The position numbers and the translations under genes were made by a program. 64,000 nucleotides of DNA from a virus. Location of the stretch: positions 1 to 64,000 of IMG/VR virus record IMGVR_UViG_3300037882_001492. One strand, 5' to 3'. Under the pieces are notes generated by a model. That model made no database searches. It was given only the letters and a program-made list of their open reading frames with translations, and was not told the DNA's origin. Each line of letters starts with the position of its first letter. The first letter of the stretch is position 1. Below, piece by piece: positions 63,551 through 64,000 of this stretch.

Positions 63551-64000
63551 CTATGAAGCGTGTAATTTTGTTACACCTTCGCGTTTCTCTACTAAAATAA
63601 TATTGCTCTCATCTTCTAACAAAGAATTGAGTTCGTCATTGTGAGTAATGACAATAATCTTCTTATCCTTAGCAAGCGTATCAAAGATTTCAACTAAACC
63701 TTGGACACCAATACTGTCTAATGAATCTGCGACTTCATCAAAGAAGATCACATTAGATTTGTTCTTTCCAGTAAAGAGAAGTAAGTCATTTAATGCTAAC
63801 ATTACTGCTAAGTTTACTCTCTTCTTCTCACCGCCAGACAAGTTTTTGAATTCAGTTTCGGCTTCTCCGATATAGATTAACTCTTCAAGCTTTTCGTTAA
63901 AGAACAAAGCCAAAGAGTTATTACTAAGTTGTTTTAAATACTTGTTAACAGAGTCGTTGAAGAAGTCTAAGATATTGACAATAACAAACTGAATAATACC
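63551..64000 (-). CDS. 46: Rad50/SbcC-like recombination ATPase (gp46), C-terminal part
   Basis: LSGGEK signature, IFFDEV.DSLD, IIVITH; frame continues to the window edge. Confidence 0.9.
   Translation of the reverse strand, partial: GIIQFVIVNILDFFNDSVNKYLKQLSNNSLALFFNEKLEELIYIGEAETEFKNLSGGEKKRVNLAVMLALNDLLLFTGKNKSNVIFFDEVADSLDSIGVQGLVEIFDTLAKDKKIIVITHNDELNSLLEDESNIILVEKREGVTKLHAS

Noticed and set aside
15913-63875. Many short + strand ORFs antisense to identified - strand genes
   Set aside because: Shadow frames of well-supported genes with no motifs or promoters (40756-41340 is the exception)
1-64000. Genome-wide stop-codon reassignment
   Set aside because: Core genes are full length in the standard code and end in TAA, TAG or TGA; no suppressor tRNA found; only two isolated internal stops of different types

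Overview
AT-rich fragment of a large T4-like (Tevenvirinae-style gene content) lytic dsDNA phage, standard genetic code. Left end: head module (truncated gene after the portal, portal gp20, TerL gp17, neck gp14) followed by very basic proteins built from segments that start at (I/V)-x-E-G-S motifs. 10.0-15.0 kb: a + strand early region of small genes with near-consensus sigma70 promoters, mostly leaderless, interleaved with a repeated palindromic element and one near-consensus parS site. From 15.5 kb almost everything is on the - strand: many small accessory genes, a sigma-like protein, ThyX, 20 tRNA genes (17 in an array at 23.8-27.4 kb), a Ro60/TROVE gene followed by four Y-RNA-like ncRNAs (one a circularly permuted tRNA mimic), Rnl2, a repeat-rich fibre-like protein, a PAS-TM protein, a Clp ATPase, UvsX, an 11-gene sugar/glycosyltransferase cluster, gp32, UvsY, gp41 helicase, dUTPase, class II RNR, GroES-like and truncated gp46. 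Two inteins and two HNH genes are present. Best candidate for a novel system: the Ro60 + multi-Y-RNA + tRNA/ncRNA + RNA-repair island. All calls were made by eye from motifs; no searches were run.
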